A DNA stretch of 64,000 bases from an uncultured Planctomycetia bacterium (lineage in GTDB: Bacteria; Omnitrophota; Gorgyraeia; Tantalellales; Tantalellaceae), in assembly GCA_964409365.1 (NCBI GenBank), contig CAYPCX010000001.1, positions 64,684 to 128,683 on the forward strand, read 5' to 3'. The position numbers and the translations under genes are program-made. This document shows, piece after piece, positions 8,924 through 19,329 of the stretch. The stretch's first letter is position 1; each line of letters opens with the position of its first letter. The notes beneath the pieces were generated by a model, which saw only the letters and a program-made list of their open reading frames with translations, was not told the origin of the DNA and searched no databases.

Positions 8924-10873
8924 ATGGGTAAGGTAATAGGCATAGATCTCGGTACCACTAATTCATGTGTGGCGGTGATGGAAGGGAAAGAACCCAAGGT
9001 CATACAGAACGCCGAGGGTTCAAGGACCACGCCGAGCGTGGTCGCTTTTACCAAGGCCGGGGAGAAACTCGTCGGCCAGCCCGCGAAACGCCAGGCGGTG
9101 ACAAATTCCGAGAACACGATATTCAGCATAAAGCGTTTCATGGGCAGAAAACACTCCGAAGTGGAAGTGGAAGAAAAGCTTGTGCCTTTCAGGGTGGGTG
9201 AAGATAATAGCGGCAATGTGGTGGTCGAAGCCCAGGGCAAGAAATATACCCCGCCGGAGATATCGGCGATGATACTTCAAAAAATGAGACAGACCGCCGA
9301 GGATTATCTCGGGGAGAAGGTCGCCGAAGCCGTAATAACCGTTCCCGCGTATTTCAACGACTCACAGCGTCAGGCCACGAAAGACGCCGGAGAGATCGCC
9401 GGGCTCAAGGTGCTTAGGATAATCAACGAACCGACCGCGGCGAGCCTCGCATACGGGCTCGAGAGAAAGAAGAATGAAAAGATCGCCGTATTCGATCTCG
9501 GAGGCGGTACTTTTGACATCTCTATCCTGGACGTGGGAGAAGGCGTGTTCGAGGTCAAATCCACCAACGGCGACACGCATCTTGGCGGCGACAATTTCGA
9601 CCAGAAGGTCATCGACTGGATAGCCGAGGAGTTCAAGAAAGAGAACGGCATCGACCTGAGGAACGATAAGATGGCCCTCCAGAGGCTGAAGGAAGCCGCC
9701 GAAAAAGCGAAATGCGAACTTTCGTCCAACCTGCAGACCGAGATAAATCTTCCCTTTGTCACCGCGGACGCTACCGGCCCCAAGCATCTTACGATGACGC
9801 TCACGAGGTCAAAATTGGAGCAGCTCGTGGACGAGCTGGTCGAGAAGACCAAGGCGCCCTGCCAGAAGGCGCTCAAGGATTCCGGTTACTCCGCGGGCGA
9901 CATAGACGAGATCATACTCGTTGGCGGCCAGACAAGGATGCCCAAGGTACAGGAGGTGGTTAAGGAGATATTCGGTAAAGAACCGCATAAGGGGGTCAAC
10001 CCGGATGAGGTCGTCGCCGTAGGCGCCGCTATACAGGGCGGGGTCTTGAGCGGTGAAGAAGGCCTCTCGGACGTCGTCCTTCTGGACGTGACGCCGCTTT
10101 CTCTCGGTATAGAGACGCTTGGGGGTGTCATGACGAAACTTATTGAACGAAATACCACCATCCCCACGAAGAAGAGCCAGATATTCTCCACGGCGGCCGA
10201 TAACCAGACGGCGGTCTCGATACATGTCCTCCAGGGGGAGAGAGAGATGGCCTCGGATAACCGGACGCTCGGGAAGTTCGACCTGGTAGGGATACCGCCG
10301 GCTCCCCGGGGTATGCCGCAGATCGAGGTCACCTTCGACATAGACGCCAACGGCATCGTGCACGTTTCGGCGAAAGATAAAGCCACGGGTAAAGAGCAGT
10401 CCATCCGCATAGAATCCTCGAGCGGCCTGTCGAAAGAAGAGATAGAAAAGATGAAACATGACGCCAAAGCGCACGAGGAAGATGACAAGAAAAAAAGAGA
10501 GCTTATAGAGATCCGCAACCAGCTGGATTCGTTCATCTATGCCACGGAAAAAGCCCTCAAGGATTACGGCGACAAGGTCAACGAGGACGAAAAGAAGAAG
10601 ATCACCGAGGCGATAGAGAAAGCCAGGAAGGCCATGACATCCGATAACGCGGATGAGATCAAAAAAGCCCAGGAAGAGCTGCAGAAGGCGAGTTATAAGC
10701 TGTCCGAAGAGATGTACAAGCAGGCCCAGGCCCAGCAGCAGGCCGCGGGCGGACCGGAAGCGCAGCAGCAGGCGGGCGGCGAAGGCGCCGGGGAAGGTAC
10801 AGGGAAAAAACCCGACGAAGACGTCGTCGACGCGGATTACAAAGTCGATGAGGAGAAGGAGAAGCAGGGGTAA
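8924..10873 (+). CDS. dnaK: molecular chaperone DnaK (Hsp70)
   Basis: [26 protein letters not shown], and a C-terminal GGE(G)AG-rich tail. Start chosen at the ATG at 8924 preceded by AGGAGGT, rather than the 8882 start of the ORF track. Confidence 0.95.
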   Translation: MGKVIGIDLGTTNSCVAVMEGKEPKVIQNAEGSRTTPSVVAFTKAGEKLVGQPAKRQAVTNSENTIFSIKRFMGRKHSEVEVEEKLVPFRVGEDNSGNVVVEAQGKKYTPPEISAMILQKMRQTAEDYLGEKVAEAVITVPAYFNDSQRQATKDAGEIAGLKVLRIINEPTAASLAYGLERKKNEKIAVFDLGGGTFDISILDVGEGVFEVKSTNGDTHLGGDNFDQKVIDWIAEEFKKENGIDLRNDKMALQRLKEAAEKAKCELSSNLQTEINLPFVTADATGPKHLTMTLTRSKLEQLVDELVEKTKAPCQKALKDSGYSAGDIDEIILVGGQTRMPKVQEVVKEIFGKEPHKGVNPDEVVAVGAAIQGGVLSGEEGLSDVVLLDVTPLSLGIETLGGVMTKLIERNTTIPTKKSQIFSTAADNQTAVSIHVLQGEREMASDNRTLGKFDLVGIPPAPRGMPQIEVTFDIDANGIVHVSAKDKATGKEQSIRIESSSGLSKEEIEKMKHDAKAHEEDDKKKRELIEIRNQLDSFIYATEKALKDYGDKVNEDEKKKITEAIEKARKAMTSDNADEIKKAQEELQKASYKLSEEMYKQAQAQQQAAGGPEAQQQAGGEGAGEGTGKKPDEDVVDADYKVDEEKEKQG

Positions 10874-11002
10874 AAGGTAAAAGGAAAAAGGAAAAAGTAA
10901 GAGGGTTTAGTTTTAAGCAAAAATGAGTCATAAGAAAAGCACCTATATCTCAACCTTAACCTTTACCTTCACACTTTATCCTTTAACCTTTATCCTTAAG
11001 AA
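10870..11002. repeat. intergenic short tandem repeats (GTAAAAGG/GGAAAAAG and AACCTTTACCTT families) between dnaK and dnaJ
   Basis: gtaaaaggtaaaaggaaaaaggaaaaagtaag ... ctcaaccttaacctttaccttcacactttatcctttaacctttatcc. Confidence 0.8.
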
Positions 11003-11005
11003 GAT

Positions 11006-12130
11006 ATGACAAAGGACTACTATGAACTGCTCGGCGTAAGCAGGGATGCTTCGAACGAGGAGATAAAGAAAGCCTACAGGAAGCTCGCGGTAAAATACCA
11101 TCCTGACAAGAACCCCGGGGACAAAGAGGCGGAAGATAAGTTCAAGGAGATATCCCACGCCTACGAGGTTCTCAGCGATCCCGAAAAAAGGGCGCAATAC
11201 GACCGATTCGGCGAAGACGCTTTCCAGTACGGCGCCGGCGCGGGCGGTTTCGGTTTCCATGATCCTTTCGATCTTTTCCGTGAGGTGTTCGGCGGCGGGT
11301 TGGGTGACATCTTCGAGAACATGTTCGGGTTCGGGGCGTCCGGAAGAGGCGGACCGAGGCGGGGCAGGGACCTGGAATATTCCCTCAAACTGGATTTTTT
11401 CGAAGCAGTCAAGGGCACGACGAAACAGATCAAGGTCAGGAAACACCAGACCTGCTCGGTCTGCGAGGGGTCCGGCGCTAAACCCGGAACGGGAAAGACC
11501 ACCTGTCCCGGATGCGGGGGTACCGGACAGGTCAGCCAGACGAGCGGTTTTTTCAGTGTTTCACGTACCTGCTCCAGGTGCGGCGGCGCCGGGAAGATAA
11601 TAAATGAACCCTGTAAAAAATGCGGTGGTACCGGCCGCGAGGAGACCGTTAAAAAGATCAGTGTCGACGTCCCGGCAGGGGTCGATACAGGCAACCGTCT
11701 GCGTCTTTCGGGGGAAGGTGAGCCGGGATTCAGCGGCGGTCCTCCGGGCGACCTGTATGTTTCCATCACGGTCAGGGAACATGATCTTTTTAACAGGCGC
11801 GGGCACGATATATACTATACTCTTCCCGTGAGTTTCGGCCAACTTGTGTTCGGGGACGAGATAGAGGTACCCGGTATAGAAGGCAGCACGAGCCTCTCGG
11901 TCTCTCCGGGCACGCAGAGCGGCCAGGTCTTCAACCTGAGGGGTAAGGGGATAAAACGGCTGGATGGCCGCGGAAAAGGCGACCAGTACGTAAAGGTACA
12001 GGTGGAAACGCCCAAAAACCTCAGTTCGGAGCAAAAGAAATTGCTGAGAGAGTTTGAAGCCAGCCAGGGAAAAAAACAGGCGGCAGGCAGCAAGAAATTC
12101 ATCGATAAGGTTAAGGGATTCTTTGACTAA
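11006..12130 (+). CDS. dnaJ: molecular chaperone DnaJ (Hsp40)
   Basis: J-domain (DYYELLGV...[16 protein letters not shown]), G/F region, four CxxCxGxG zinc-finger repeats, and a C-terminal domain. Confidence 0.95.
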   Translation: MTKDYYELLGVSRDASNEEIKKAYRKLAVKYHPDKNPGDKEAEDKFKEISHAYEVLSDPEKRAQYDRFGEDAFQYGAGAGGFGFHDPFDLFREVFGGGLGDIFENMFGFGASGRGGPRRGRDLEYSLKLDFFEAVKGTTKQIKVRKHQTCSVCEGSGAKPGTGKTTCPGCGGTGQVSQTSGFFSVSRTCSRCGGAGKIINEPCKKCGGTGREETVKKISVDVPAGVDTGNRLRLSGEGEPGFSGGPPGDLYVSITVREHDLFNRRGHDIYYTLPVSFGQLVFGDEIEVPGIEGSTSLSVSPGTQSGQVFNLRGKGIKRLDGRGKGDQYVKVQVETPKNLSSEQKKLLREFEASQGKKQAAGSKKFIDKVKGFFD

Positions 12131-12412
12131 CAACATTTTAGTTATGAGAACGCTCACTTCGTTCGCTTGAGTTGTGAGTCATTAGTGCGACAACTAACAA
12201 CATTTTAGTTATGAGAACGCTCACTTCGTTCGCTTGAGTTGTTAGTTAGTAGTGCAACAACTAAGAACTAAATAATAGTAATGAGTTATGAGTAATGAGT
12301 TATGGGTCGCTGCGAGCGAAACTAACGACGCAAAACTAACAACTAACAACTAACAACTAACAACTAACAACTAACAACTAACAACTAAAAACTCATAACT
12401 GATACAAGGAGC
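12127..12412. repeat. complex ~285-bp repeat block: two copies of a ~63-bp unit plus (CAACTAA)n and (TGAGTTA)n microsatellites
   Basis: The unit caacattttagttatgagaacgctcacttcgttcgcttgagttgt occurs twice (12131 and 12192), followed by taatgagttatgagtaatgagttatggg and caactaa x7. Confidence 0.85.
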
Positions 12413-12418
12413 CCCACA

Positions 12419-12685
12419 GTGCCTACATATGAGTACCGTTGCGATAAGTGCGGACATCGCTTTGAAGAATTCCAGAAAATGACCGATAAACCTCTGAAGA
12501 AATGCTCCAGATGTAAAGGGCCGGTAAAACGTATGATCGGCTCCGGGGGCGGCATTATCTTTAAGGGGAAGGGGTTTTACCAGACCGACTACAAGAAGCC
12601 CGGCCCTAAAAAAGAGGATAAGCAACCCGGCGGGTCAAGTCCCGGCACCTGTCCGAAAGCCGATAACTGTCCTTGTTGCGAGTGA
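12419..12685 (+). CDS. FmdB-family zinc-ribbon protein (GTG start)
   Basis: MPTYEYRCDKCGHRFE...KCSRCKG is the typical FmdB CxxC...CxxC N-terminus, followed by a G/K-rich tail ending CPCCE. AAGGAG RBS at 12403. Confidence 0.7.
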   Translation: MPTYEYRCDKCGHRFEEFQKMTDKPLKKCSRCKGPVKRMIGSGGGIIFKGKGFYQTDYKKPGPKKEDKQPGGSSPGTCPKADNCPCCE

Positions 12686-12686
12686 C

Positions 12687-13082
12687 ATGAAAGTCCGAAA
12701 AGAACAGGAAAAGTTCTTAATTACCTGGTTGCCCGTCCTGTTATGGGCATCGGCGATATTTTTCTTTTCGATATTACCCGGTAAAGCGTGCCCTTCCGTC
12801 CCCATAAAGGGCCTGGATAAAGTGGTCCATTTCACGGTGTATATGATACTTGCTTTTCTCGTGGTAAGGGGTTTATACCGTGCGCGGATACGTTCCTGGG
12901 CCCGGTCCAGGGTCAAAACCTCATTATTTACATTGATATCGTGCGGGGGATATGGTATTTTAGTTGAACTGGCGCAGCAGGCGGTCCCGGACAGGTGCGT
13001 CTCGGGTGCCGACACGGCGGCAAATATATTAGGAGTATTATGCGGCATGATAATATGGGAGCTTACAATATGGCAACGGTAA
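12687..13082 (+). CDS. VanZ-family membrane protein
   Basis: Four predicted TM segments with a conserved DKVVHF motif. 131 aa. Confidence 0.55.
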   Translation: MKVRKEQEKFLITWLPVLLWASAIFFFSILPGKACPSVPIKGLDKVVHFTVYMILAFLVVRGLYRARIRSWARSRVKTSLFTLISCGGYGILVELAQQAVPDRCVSGADTAANILGVLCGMIIWELTIWQR

Positions 13083-14359
13083 GACCTTTCAAGGGGCTTT
13101 TGTACAGCCATGACAAGACCGGAGGCGGGTATTCAACTGTCGTGGCCCCTCCATATGATGTTATTCCCGAGGGCATGCGAGATGAGTTATATGAAAAGAG
13201 CGCGTTCAACGTTATCCGGCTTATCCTCGGGCGTTCCCGGACGGGCGACGACGAAAAGAACAATAAATATACGCGCGCGAAGGCCTTTTTGGACGAATGG
13301 CAAAAGAAAAAGGTGCTCGTAAGAGACGCCGCGGAGACGTTTTACGTCTATCTGCAGGAATATAAGTACCGCGGCAAAATGCTTCGCAGGATCGGTTTCA
13401 TAGGCCTTATCAAGATAGAGGATCCGCAGGAAGGTGTAGTGCTTCCGCATGAGCACACGCTCGCCAAACCCAAAGAAGACAGGATGAACCTTATAAAACA
13501 GGTCAGGGGGAACCTGAGCCCTATCTTCACTATTTTTGATGACGCTGACGGAAAAGTCACGGGGATACTTGAGCGGGCGGTAAAGGATTCCGACCCTGTC
13601 ATCGATATAGAGCTGGAGGACGGGCGTCACGCGATCTGGCGCATCACCGATAAGGGGTCGATAGGGGGCATCGTCTCCGGCATGGAAGGAAAAAGGGTTT
13701 TTATCGCGGATGGGCATCACAGGTACGAGGTCGCGCGGACATACCGCGAAGCGCTGAAAAATGAAGAAGGATATGACGGCAGTGCCGACTATGTTATGAT
13801 GTATTTTGCCGATATGGCGGCCCGGGACAACCTCACCGTCATGCCGACCCACAGGGCCATAAAGAACATGCCCGTGTCCGGGGATGACCAGATCAAGGAG
13901 CGGCTCGCGGGATATTTTGACATAACCGAATGCGGGACCCTTGCGGAGCTTCTGGAACGGCTCGAGGCCGAAGAGACCAGCGGCCACGCTTTCGGTTATT
14001 TCGGCGGCGATAAATACCTTTTTTTGAAGGCAAGATCCAAAGAAGCCCTTCTTGGTCTTATCGCCGAAGAGAGATCAGAGGACTGGAAACTGCTGGATGT
14101 AAGCGTCCTGCACGCGGCGGTGTTCGGGAAGCTGCTCTGTGTAAAGGCCGAAGAGGGGAATATAACTTACGTGAAAGAACCCGAAGAAGCGCAGGCCCTG
14201 GTAAAGGACGGGAGTCATGCCGCCGCTTTCTTTTTGAACTCTACGCGCATGGACCAGCTCAGGCGCGTGGCCGAAAAAGGCGAAATGATGCCCCAGAAGT
14301 CCACTTATTTTTATCCCAAGCTTCTTTCAGGGTTAGTGATCAACAGGTTTAGCGGATAA
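13070..14359 (+). CDS. DUF1015-family protein
   Basis: MATVRPFKGLLY...VVAPPYDVI N-terminus is typical of DUF1015. Start placed at the ATG at 13070 (overlaps the vanZ-like end by 13 nt); the ORF track start at 12995 would overlap by 88 nt. Confidence 0.65.
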   Translation: MATVRPFKGLLYSHDKTGGGYSTVVAPPYDVIPEGMRDELYEKSAFNVIRLILGRSRTGDDEKNNKYTRAKAFLDEWQKKKVLVRDAAETFYVYLQEYKYRGKMLRRIGFIGLIKIEDPQEGVVLPHEHTLAKPKEDRMNLIKQVRGNLSPIFTIFDDADGKVTGILERAVKDSDPVIDIELEDGRHAIWRITDKGSIGGIVSGMEGKRVFIADGHHRYEVARTYREALKNEEGYDGSADYVMMYFADMAARDNLTVMPTHRAIKNMPVSGDDQIKERLAGYFDITECGTLAELLERLEAEETSGHAFGYFGGDKYLFLKARSKEALLGLIAEERSEDWKLLDVSVLHAAVFGKLLCVKAEEGNITYVKEPEEAQALVKDGSHAAAFFLNSTRMDQLRRVAEKGEMMPQKSTYFYPKLLSGLVINRFSG

Positions 14360-14379
14360 TAACGTGATCGTGAACTGAT

Positions 14380-15258
14380 ATGGCTTTTTTCTCAAAAAAA
14401 CCGATCTTCTCAAGGTCCAAAAAGAAAGGGATACCCGGCGGTCTCTGGACCAAGTGCCCTTATTGCGGTGAGCTTCTCTATAACAAGACCCTTAAAGATA
14501 ACCTTAAGGTCTGCCCGAAATGTGATTATCATTTCAGGATGGGGGCCTATGAGAGGATAGAGAAGATACTCGATCCCGGTTCGTTCCGGGAGATCCATAA
14601 AGACCTGGAAAGCAGGGATCCGCTCAAGTTCAAAGGGCCGAGCGATTATCCCAGCAAGATAAAGAAGGACCAGAAGGCCACGGGCTTGAAGGAAGCGGCT
14701 GTCGTGGGAGAAGGCACCGTGGATTCGAAACGGATCGCGATAGGCGTTACGGATTCGCGTTTTATAATGGGTTCTATGGGGTCCGTCGTCGGGGAAAAGA
14801 TCACAAGGCTGATCGAGCACGCGGAAAAAGAACAGATACCGCTGGTGATAGTCTCGGGTTCGGGCGGCGGCGCCAGGATGTACGAAGGGATGCTGTCCCT
14901 CATGCAGATGGCCAAGACCAGCGCAGCTCTCGAAAGGCTGAATTCCCGGGGCGGGCTCTTTATCTCGGTCCTGACCAACCCCACCATGGCCGGAGTGATG
15001 GCCAGCTTCGCTTCGCTGGGTGATGTGATAATCGCCGAGCCTAAAGCTCTTATAGGTTTTACCGGGCCACGGGTCATCCAGCAGACGATAAAACAGGAGC
15101 TGCCGGACGGTTTCCAGAGCTCGGAATTCCTGCTGGAGCGCGGACTTATAGATATGATCGTCCACAGGAACGAGTTGAGGAACACTCTTTCCAAGATGAT
15201 GGATTATCTGACGGCATCGAGGACAGATGACAGAAGACAGAAGACAGAAGACAGATGA
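14380..15258 (+). CDS. accD: acetyl-CoA carboxylase carboxyltransferase subunit beta; C-terminal TDDRRQKTEDR tail encoded by a GACAGAA heptamer repeat
   Basis: Zn-ribbon CPYCGELLYNK...CPKCDYHFRM and the carboxyltransferase domain (IVSGSGGGARMYEGMLSLMQM). Confidence 0.85.
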   Translation: MAFFSKKPIFSRSKKKGIPGGLWTKCPYCGELLYNKTLKDNLKVCPKCDYHFRMGAYERIEKILDPGSFREIHKDLESRDPLKFKGPSDYPSKIKKDQKATGLKEAAVVGEGTVDSKRIAIGVTDSRFIMGSMGSVVGEKITRLIEHAEKEQIPLVIVSGSGGGARMYEGMLSLMQMAKTSAALERLNSRGGLFISVLTNPTMAGVMASFASLGDVIIAEPKALIGFTGPRVIQQTIKQELPDGFQSSEFLLERGLIDMIVHRNELRNTLSKMMDYLTASRTDDRRQKTEDR

Positions 15259-15267
15259 CAGACGACG
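15229..15267. repeat. GACAGAW heptamer tandem repeat spanning the accD stop
   Basis: gacagatgacagaagacagaagacagaagacagatgacagacgacggg. Confidence 0.85.
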
Positions 15268-15349
15268 GGTTGTTTGTCCCGTATGATATTGACTTTCGGT
15301 TTGACTTATAGTATAAAATTTAACTAACATATAACGTTAAAGCGATGTT

Positions 15350-16453
15350 ATGGCGCAGGTCAGTCTAAAGAACGTATCCAAGGTCTTTCCGGGAGGTATC
15401 GTTGCGGTCAACAACGTCACTTTCGGGGTAGAGAATAAGGAGTTCGTGGTCCTGGTAGGTCCTTCGGGCTGCGGGAAATCGACCACCCTGAGACTGATAG
15501 CCGGTCTGGAGGATTCTTCGGAGGGCGATATCTACATAGGCAAGAACAGGGTCAATAATGTTCCTCCCAAGGACCGGGATATCGCTATGGTGTTCCAAAA
15601 CTACGCGCTTTACCCGCATATGACGGTTTACGAGAACATGGCGTTCGGCCTGAAGCTCAAGAAATATCCGAAAGACGAGATCGATATAAGGGTTAAAGAA
15701 GCGGCAGGCATACTGGGCCTTGAAAAGCTGCTTACCAGGAGGCCCAGGGAGCTTTCGGGGGGACAACGCCAGCGCGTGGCTGTCGGCAGGTCTATCGTAC
15801 GCAAGCCCATGGTATTCCTGTTCGATGAGCCGCTTAGCAACCTTGACGCCAAGCTCAGGGTGCAGATGAGGACGGAACTCCATCGCCTGCATATCCGGCT
15901 GCAATCCACCATGATATATGTCACCCATGACCAGACCGAAGCTATGACCCTGGGGGACAGGATAGTCGTTCTTAAAGACGGATACATCCAGCAGATAGAT
16001 ACACCGACCAACGTATATAATCATCCGGTCAATAAGTTCGTGGCAAGCTTTATCGGGGCGCCTCCCATGAACTTTATGGAAGGCAGGATAATGAAAAAGG
16101 AGAGGAAGCTCTATTTCGACGAAGGGAATTTCAAGGTAAAGATCGTCGAGGGCATGTACGACGCCCTGGAAGAATACGTTGACAAACGGGTCATTTTCGG
16201 TGTAAGAAGCGAAGACATCTACGACAAGCTGTTCGTTTCCGAGGCCCCGCCGGAGAATATAGTTACGATGACCACAGAGGTGGTCGAACATCTGGGGTCT
16301 GAAGTTTATATACACCTGAACACGGGGAAACACGTTCTGGTGGCAAGAGTTTCGGGCGAGGCCAATCCTCAGATAAACCAGGATATGGACGTCGCTCTCG
16401 ATATGAGTAAGATCCATTTTTTCGATAAGATCACCGAAAAAACGATCATCTAA
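15350..16453 (+). CDS. ABC transporter ATP-binding protein, MalK/UgpC/MsiK-like with a C-terminal TOBE domain; no adjacent permease genes
   Basis: Walker A GPSGCGKST, Q-loop, signature LSGGQRQRVAVGR, Walker B VFLFDEPLSNLD, H-loop, and a C-terminal regulatory domain. Confidence 0.85.
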   Translation: MAQVSLKNVSKVFPGGIVAVNNVTFGVENKEFVVLVGPSGCGKSTTLRLIAGLEDSSEGDIYIGKNRVNNVPPKDRDIAMVFQNYALYPHMTVYENMAFGLKLKKYPKDEIDIRVKEAAGILGLEKLLTRRPRELSGGQRQRVAVGRSIVRKPMVFLFDEPLSNLDAKLRVQMRTELHRLHIRLQSTMIYVTHDQTEAMTLGDRIVVLKDGYIQQIDTPTNVYNHPVNKFVASFIGAPPMNFMEGRIMKKERKLYFDEGNFKVKIVEGMYDALEEYVDKRVIFGVRSEDIYDKLFVSEAPPENIVTMTTEVVEHLGSEVYIHLNTGKHVLVARVSGEANPQINQDMDVALDMSKIHFFDKITEKTII

Positions 16454-16461
16454 GGCTTCCT

Positions 16462-17898
16462 ATGACCCCTTTTTTAAAGAGGAATCTCCTCATACCTTTT
16501 TCTTTTATCCTTTTCGCGGGCCTGTTATACGGTCTTACAAGAGTAGTTCCAGCCCTTAGGGACCATGTCCAGCATCTTGAGCTGATCGCGCTGAGCCTCA
16601 TGATCATGGTGAGTCTCGTCATCATGTTCTTCTGGAGCTCCCTCGGCGTGATCGGGGGACTTTTGACCTTTCTCGTCGCCATGATATATCTGTACAGGCC
16701 GCTTACCGACCTCAATCCGTTCTATTACAGCGTCCTGATCCTCGCGTTCTTCCTCAGCAGTTTTCTGGGATATCACGCCTTCAGGAAGATAAATACTTCG
16801 AACCGCGATTACACGGTAACGAAGGAGAAAGTACAGGAGGACACGAACCTCATTCGCGAGCACCTGAAAGGCAGGGAGGCGGAAGTCATCGCGATGGGCG
16901 ATAAGATAAACAGCCTGCTTAAACTGAAAGGGATAACGGACCGTCTCAGCACATCCCTGTCCGGAGAAGAAGTGATGAAGATAGTCACGGAAGAGACCTT
17001 TGACATTTTCAAGGGAGATCACAGGGTGCTTCTTTTTATGGCCGACGGGACGGCTCGGGAGATGAACCTTTCGTGTACCGCGAAGGACAAGAAGAGGAAA
17101 GCCCCGGTCATGAAAAAAGGCGGCATCTTTGACAGGTGGGTGATGAAGAACATGAAGAGCCTTCTGGTGAAGGATAAAAGGAAGGATTTCAGGTTTTCCG
17201 TCGAGAATGAGGAAATGAAGGACGATTTTCTTTCGCTTATCAGCAAGCCGCTTGTGGTCGAAAGCAACGTGATCGGTATCCTGAGGGTGGACTCACCCCG
17301 GGAGGCGGCTTTCAGCCAGCACGAGCTGCGGATCCTGGACATAATCGGGGAGCTGGCCGCGGTGGCACTGGAAAACGCGCGGTTGTACTGCCAGACGGAA
17401 GAGCTGGCTATCAAAGACAGTCTTACGGGACTTTACGTGCACAGGTATTTCATGGAACGGCTTGAAGAAGAGGTCAAGAGGGCGCTTCTCAGCAAGAGCC
17501 GTTTTGCCATGCTGATGCTCGATATAGACGATTTCAAAGAATTTAACGATAAACACGGTCATATATCCGGCGATATAATACTGAGGAAAATAGGGAAAAT
17601 ACTGAACGCGAAAGCGTCGGCGGGCGACATAGTGGCCCGTTACGGCGGGGAAGAATTCGCCTTTCTGGCGCTCGATTTGAACAGGAAAGAAGCGATCAAA
17701 CTGGCCGAAGATATCAGAAAGGATATCCAGGATAACCCCGTCGTGCTCAGGAGGAAAAAGTATTCGGTGACCGTATCCGCCGGGGTGGCAATATTCCCCG
17801 ACGACGCCCGGCTTAAGAAGGACATCATCTGGGAATCGGATAAATACCTTTACGAGGCAAAAGCCAAAGGGAAGAACAAGGTATGTTCAAAGAAATGA
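16462..17898 (+). CDS. membrane-anchored GAF-GGDEF diguanylate cyclase
   Basis: Four N-terminal TM helices, a GAF-like middle region, and a GGDEF domain with RYGGEEF. Confidence 0.8.
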   Translation: MTPFLKRNLLIPFSFILFAGLLYGLTRVVPALRDHVQHLELIALSLMIMVSLVIMFFWSSLGVIGGLLTFLVAMIYLYRPLTDLNPFYYSVLILAFFLSSFLGYHAFRKINTSNRDYTVTKEKVQEDTNLIREHLKGREAEVIAMGDKINSLLKLKGITDRLSTSLSGEEVMKIVTEETFDIFKGDHRVLLFMADGTAREMNLSCTAKDKKRKAPVMKKGGIFDRWVMKNMKSLLVKDKRKDFRFSVENEEMKDDFLSLISKPLVVESNVIGILRVDSPREAAFSQHELRILDIIGELAAVALENARLYCQTEELAIKDSLTGLYVHRYFMERLEEEVKRALLSKSRFAMLMLDIDDFKEFNDKHGHISGDIILRKIGKILNAKASAGDIVARYGGEEFAFLALDLNRKEAIKLAEDIRKDIQDNPVVLRRKKYSVTVSAGVAIFPDDARLKKDIIWESDKYLYEAKAKGKNKVCSKK

Positions 17899-19268
17899 AA
17901 ACATTCACGATGTTCTTAGTGAACCTGTTTTTAATGGCGCTGAGCTGGATATTCTACAAATTCCCGCAGGGAGACGAGTACCTCGTTATCTTCATGATAC
18001 CTCTCGTTTTCATCGTAGCCCCGTACGTTCTGCCTTTGCGCATGGTATCGGTCCTCTTTGCGATGAATTTCCTGTTCTTTTTGTTCTATTTTTTCCTGGG
18101 GGCGCTGAACGCTTTGGACGTTACCGTGCTCATGCTGCTTCTCGGGGTTTCCTACGGGGCAAGCTATGTGGTCAGGGTGCTCCAGGATTCTTTTGCATGG
18201 TACCACGATTCGGATATCTCAAGGGACAAACGGGATTATGATAATCTTGTGGGGTCGCTCGAGGTCATAGACCGCCGGGGCAGGCAGATAGAGAACGAAC
18301 TTAACCGGATCTCGCGCCTTTACGAAGTGACCAAACAGCTCGCGCCCGCGCTGAAATTCGAGGACCTCTTGAACGCGTTGTTCTATTTCCTGGAAGAGAA
18401 CTTCAAGTTCCAGACCGCGCATCTTCTGGTTTTCAGTATGGGCGCTTTTTCGCGCGGGATATCAAAGAGCGTGGGCGATAAGAACTATTATGAGGACGGC
18501 GAGATGCTGCTGGATTACCCGAAAGTGGTCGAGTACGCCCGCAAAGAAGATCTTAAGCCGTTCTTCATAGACCGTGAAAAGACGGGAAGGGCTTTCATTG
18601 ACATGAAGATCCGCGCGGACACCTTCATGGCTTTCCCGCTTTTTGTCGGCGATAACATGTCGGCGATACTGGCTATAGAGGGGGCTTCGAGGTTCAGTTA
18701 CGGCAGGTTCCGGATACTCGTCCCCCAGGTAGCCCTGGAATTCCGCAAGGTGGATCTGTATGAACAGGTCCAGAAGCTGTCGATAGTGGACGGCCTTACC
18801 GAAGTGTTTCTCAGGCGATATCTGATGGAGAGGCTCGAGGAAGAGGTGGACCGCGCCAGGCGTCTTTCCTTAAGCTTTTCGGTAGGCATGGTGGACGTCG
18901 ACCATTTCAAACAGTGTAACGACAAATACGGCCATCTTGTCGGTGATGCCGTGCTGAAAAAGATAGCCGAGAGGCTTAAGAGCTCGGTCCGGGAAGTCGA
19001 CATGATAGCGCGATACGGCGGAGAAGAATTTTGTATAGTGCTTCCCGAGACGGACAAAAAATCCGCTAAAATGGTCGCTGAACGTCTGCGAAAATCCATA
19101 GAAACAAAAGAGATAAAAGCTTTTGATGAGAATGTCAGGATGACCGTCAGCGCCGGCATCTCTACCTTTCCCGAGGACGGTGAGAACGTGGCCACGCTCG
19201 TGGACAAAGCGGATACCGCCCTTTATAAGGCCAAACGCAAGGGCCGCAACAGGGTGTGTGTTGCGTAA
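17883..19268 (+). CDS. membrane-anchored GAF-GGDEF diguanylate cyclase, paralog of the previous gene
   Basis: N-terminal TM helices and RYGGEEFCIVLPETD. Overlaps the previous gene by 16 nt. Confidence 0.8.
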   Translation: MFKEMKTFTMFLVNLFLMALSWIFYKFPQGDEYLVIFMIPLVFIVAPYVLPLRMVSVLFAMNFLFFLFYFFLGALNALDVTVLMLLLGVSYGASYVVRVLQDSFAWYHDSDISRDKRDYDNLVGSLEVIDRRGRQIENELNRISRLYEVTKQLAPALKFEDLLNALFYFLEENFKFQTAHLLVFSMGAFSRGISKSVGDKNYYEDGEMLLDYPKVVEYARKEDLKPFFIDREKTGRAFIDMKIRADTFMAFPLFVGDNMSAILAIEGASRFSYGRFRILVPQVALEFRKVDLYEQVQKLSIVDGLTEVFLRRYLMERLEEEVDRARRLSLSFSVGMVDVDHFKQCNDKYGHLVGDAVLKKIAERLKSSVREVDMIARYGGEEFCIVLPETDKKSAKMVAERLRKSIETKEIKAFDENVRMTVSAGISTFPEDGENVATLVDKADTALYKAKRKGRNRVCVA

Positions 19269-19329
19269 CCCCTTTATCTGTGTTATACTGTTGGCAAATT
19301 TGTACCCATAACGCATCGGAAGAATCAGG

